NCBI GenBank assembly: GCA_944390455.1 | Contig: CALXPU010000002.1 | Coordinates: 12,179 to 76,178, forward strand | Source: an uncultured Alphaproteobacteria bacterium | GTDB lineage: Bacteria; Pseudomonadota; Alphaproteobacteria; RF32; CAG-239 | Length of the DNA: 64,000 nt | Direction: 5' to 3' | Shown: positions 63,905-64,000 of the stretch, in pieces | Numbering within the stretch: position 1 is the first letter of the stretch | How the letters are laid out: each line of letters starts with the position of its first letter | The notes under the pieces: model-generated | Seen by the model: only the letters and a program-made list of their open reading frames with translations | Database searches by the model: none | What the model was told of the DNA's origin: nothing | Position numbers and translations under genes: made by a program

Positions 63905-64000
63905 TTTTTTTTAGAGATAGCTTTTATGGATAGGTGATAAAAAAATTAGATTTCTCACTTGATTTTTTATGAGCTTTTTGATACTTTAAGTCAGTTTTGT

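Overview
This is an AT-rich, densely coding 64 kb chromosomal segment with no rRNA, CRISPR array, transposase or integrase that I can see.

Three features point to an Alphaproteobacterium, probably host-associated and/or anaerobic:
- a circularly permuted (two-piece) tmRNA gene with the tag ANDNFAPVAVAA;
- the order miaB-phoH-ybeY-lnt-XRE-trmB;
- secY-adk-rpsM-rpsK-rpoA without rpsD.

Confidently recognised housekeeping genes are folD, miaB, phoH, ybeY, lnt, trmB, secY, adk, rpsM, rpsK, rpoA, ppa, sspB, yejE/yejF and tRNA-Arg(CCU).

Other recognised content:
- An alpha-glucan cluster: glgB-glgX-malQ, plus a second long-form malQ and a maltokinase.
- A group-B-like [FeFe] hydrogenase.
- An SPFH/NfeD pair and two MFS transporters.
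- A 5'-truncated S8 protease autotransporter.

Accessory and unusual content:
- A translationally coupled vWA(TerY)-PP2C-Ser/Thr kinase triad (TerY-P type) at 5.8-8.8 kb.
- An ORFan-rich block at 26.4-35.2 kb, sitting exactly where rplQ would normally follow rpoA. It holds a PD-(D/E)XK protein and a 511 aa + 145 aa bicistron whose large protein may have a RelA/SpoT-like nucleotidyltransferase core (weak, by-eye call).
- Two neighbouring repeat proteins, one with 108 bp x3 and one with 48 bp x10 in-frame tandem repeats. They share a [IV]P[STM]LLP motif.
- Several large ORFans of 486, 511 and 828 aa.

All functional calls come from motif recognition by eye in the supplied translations. No database search was run.
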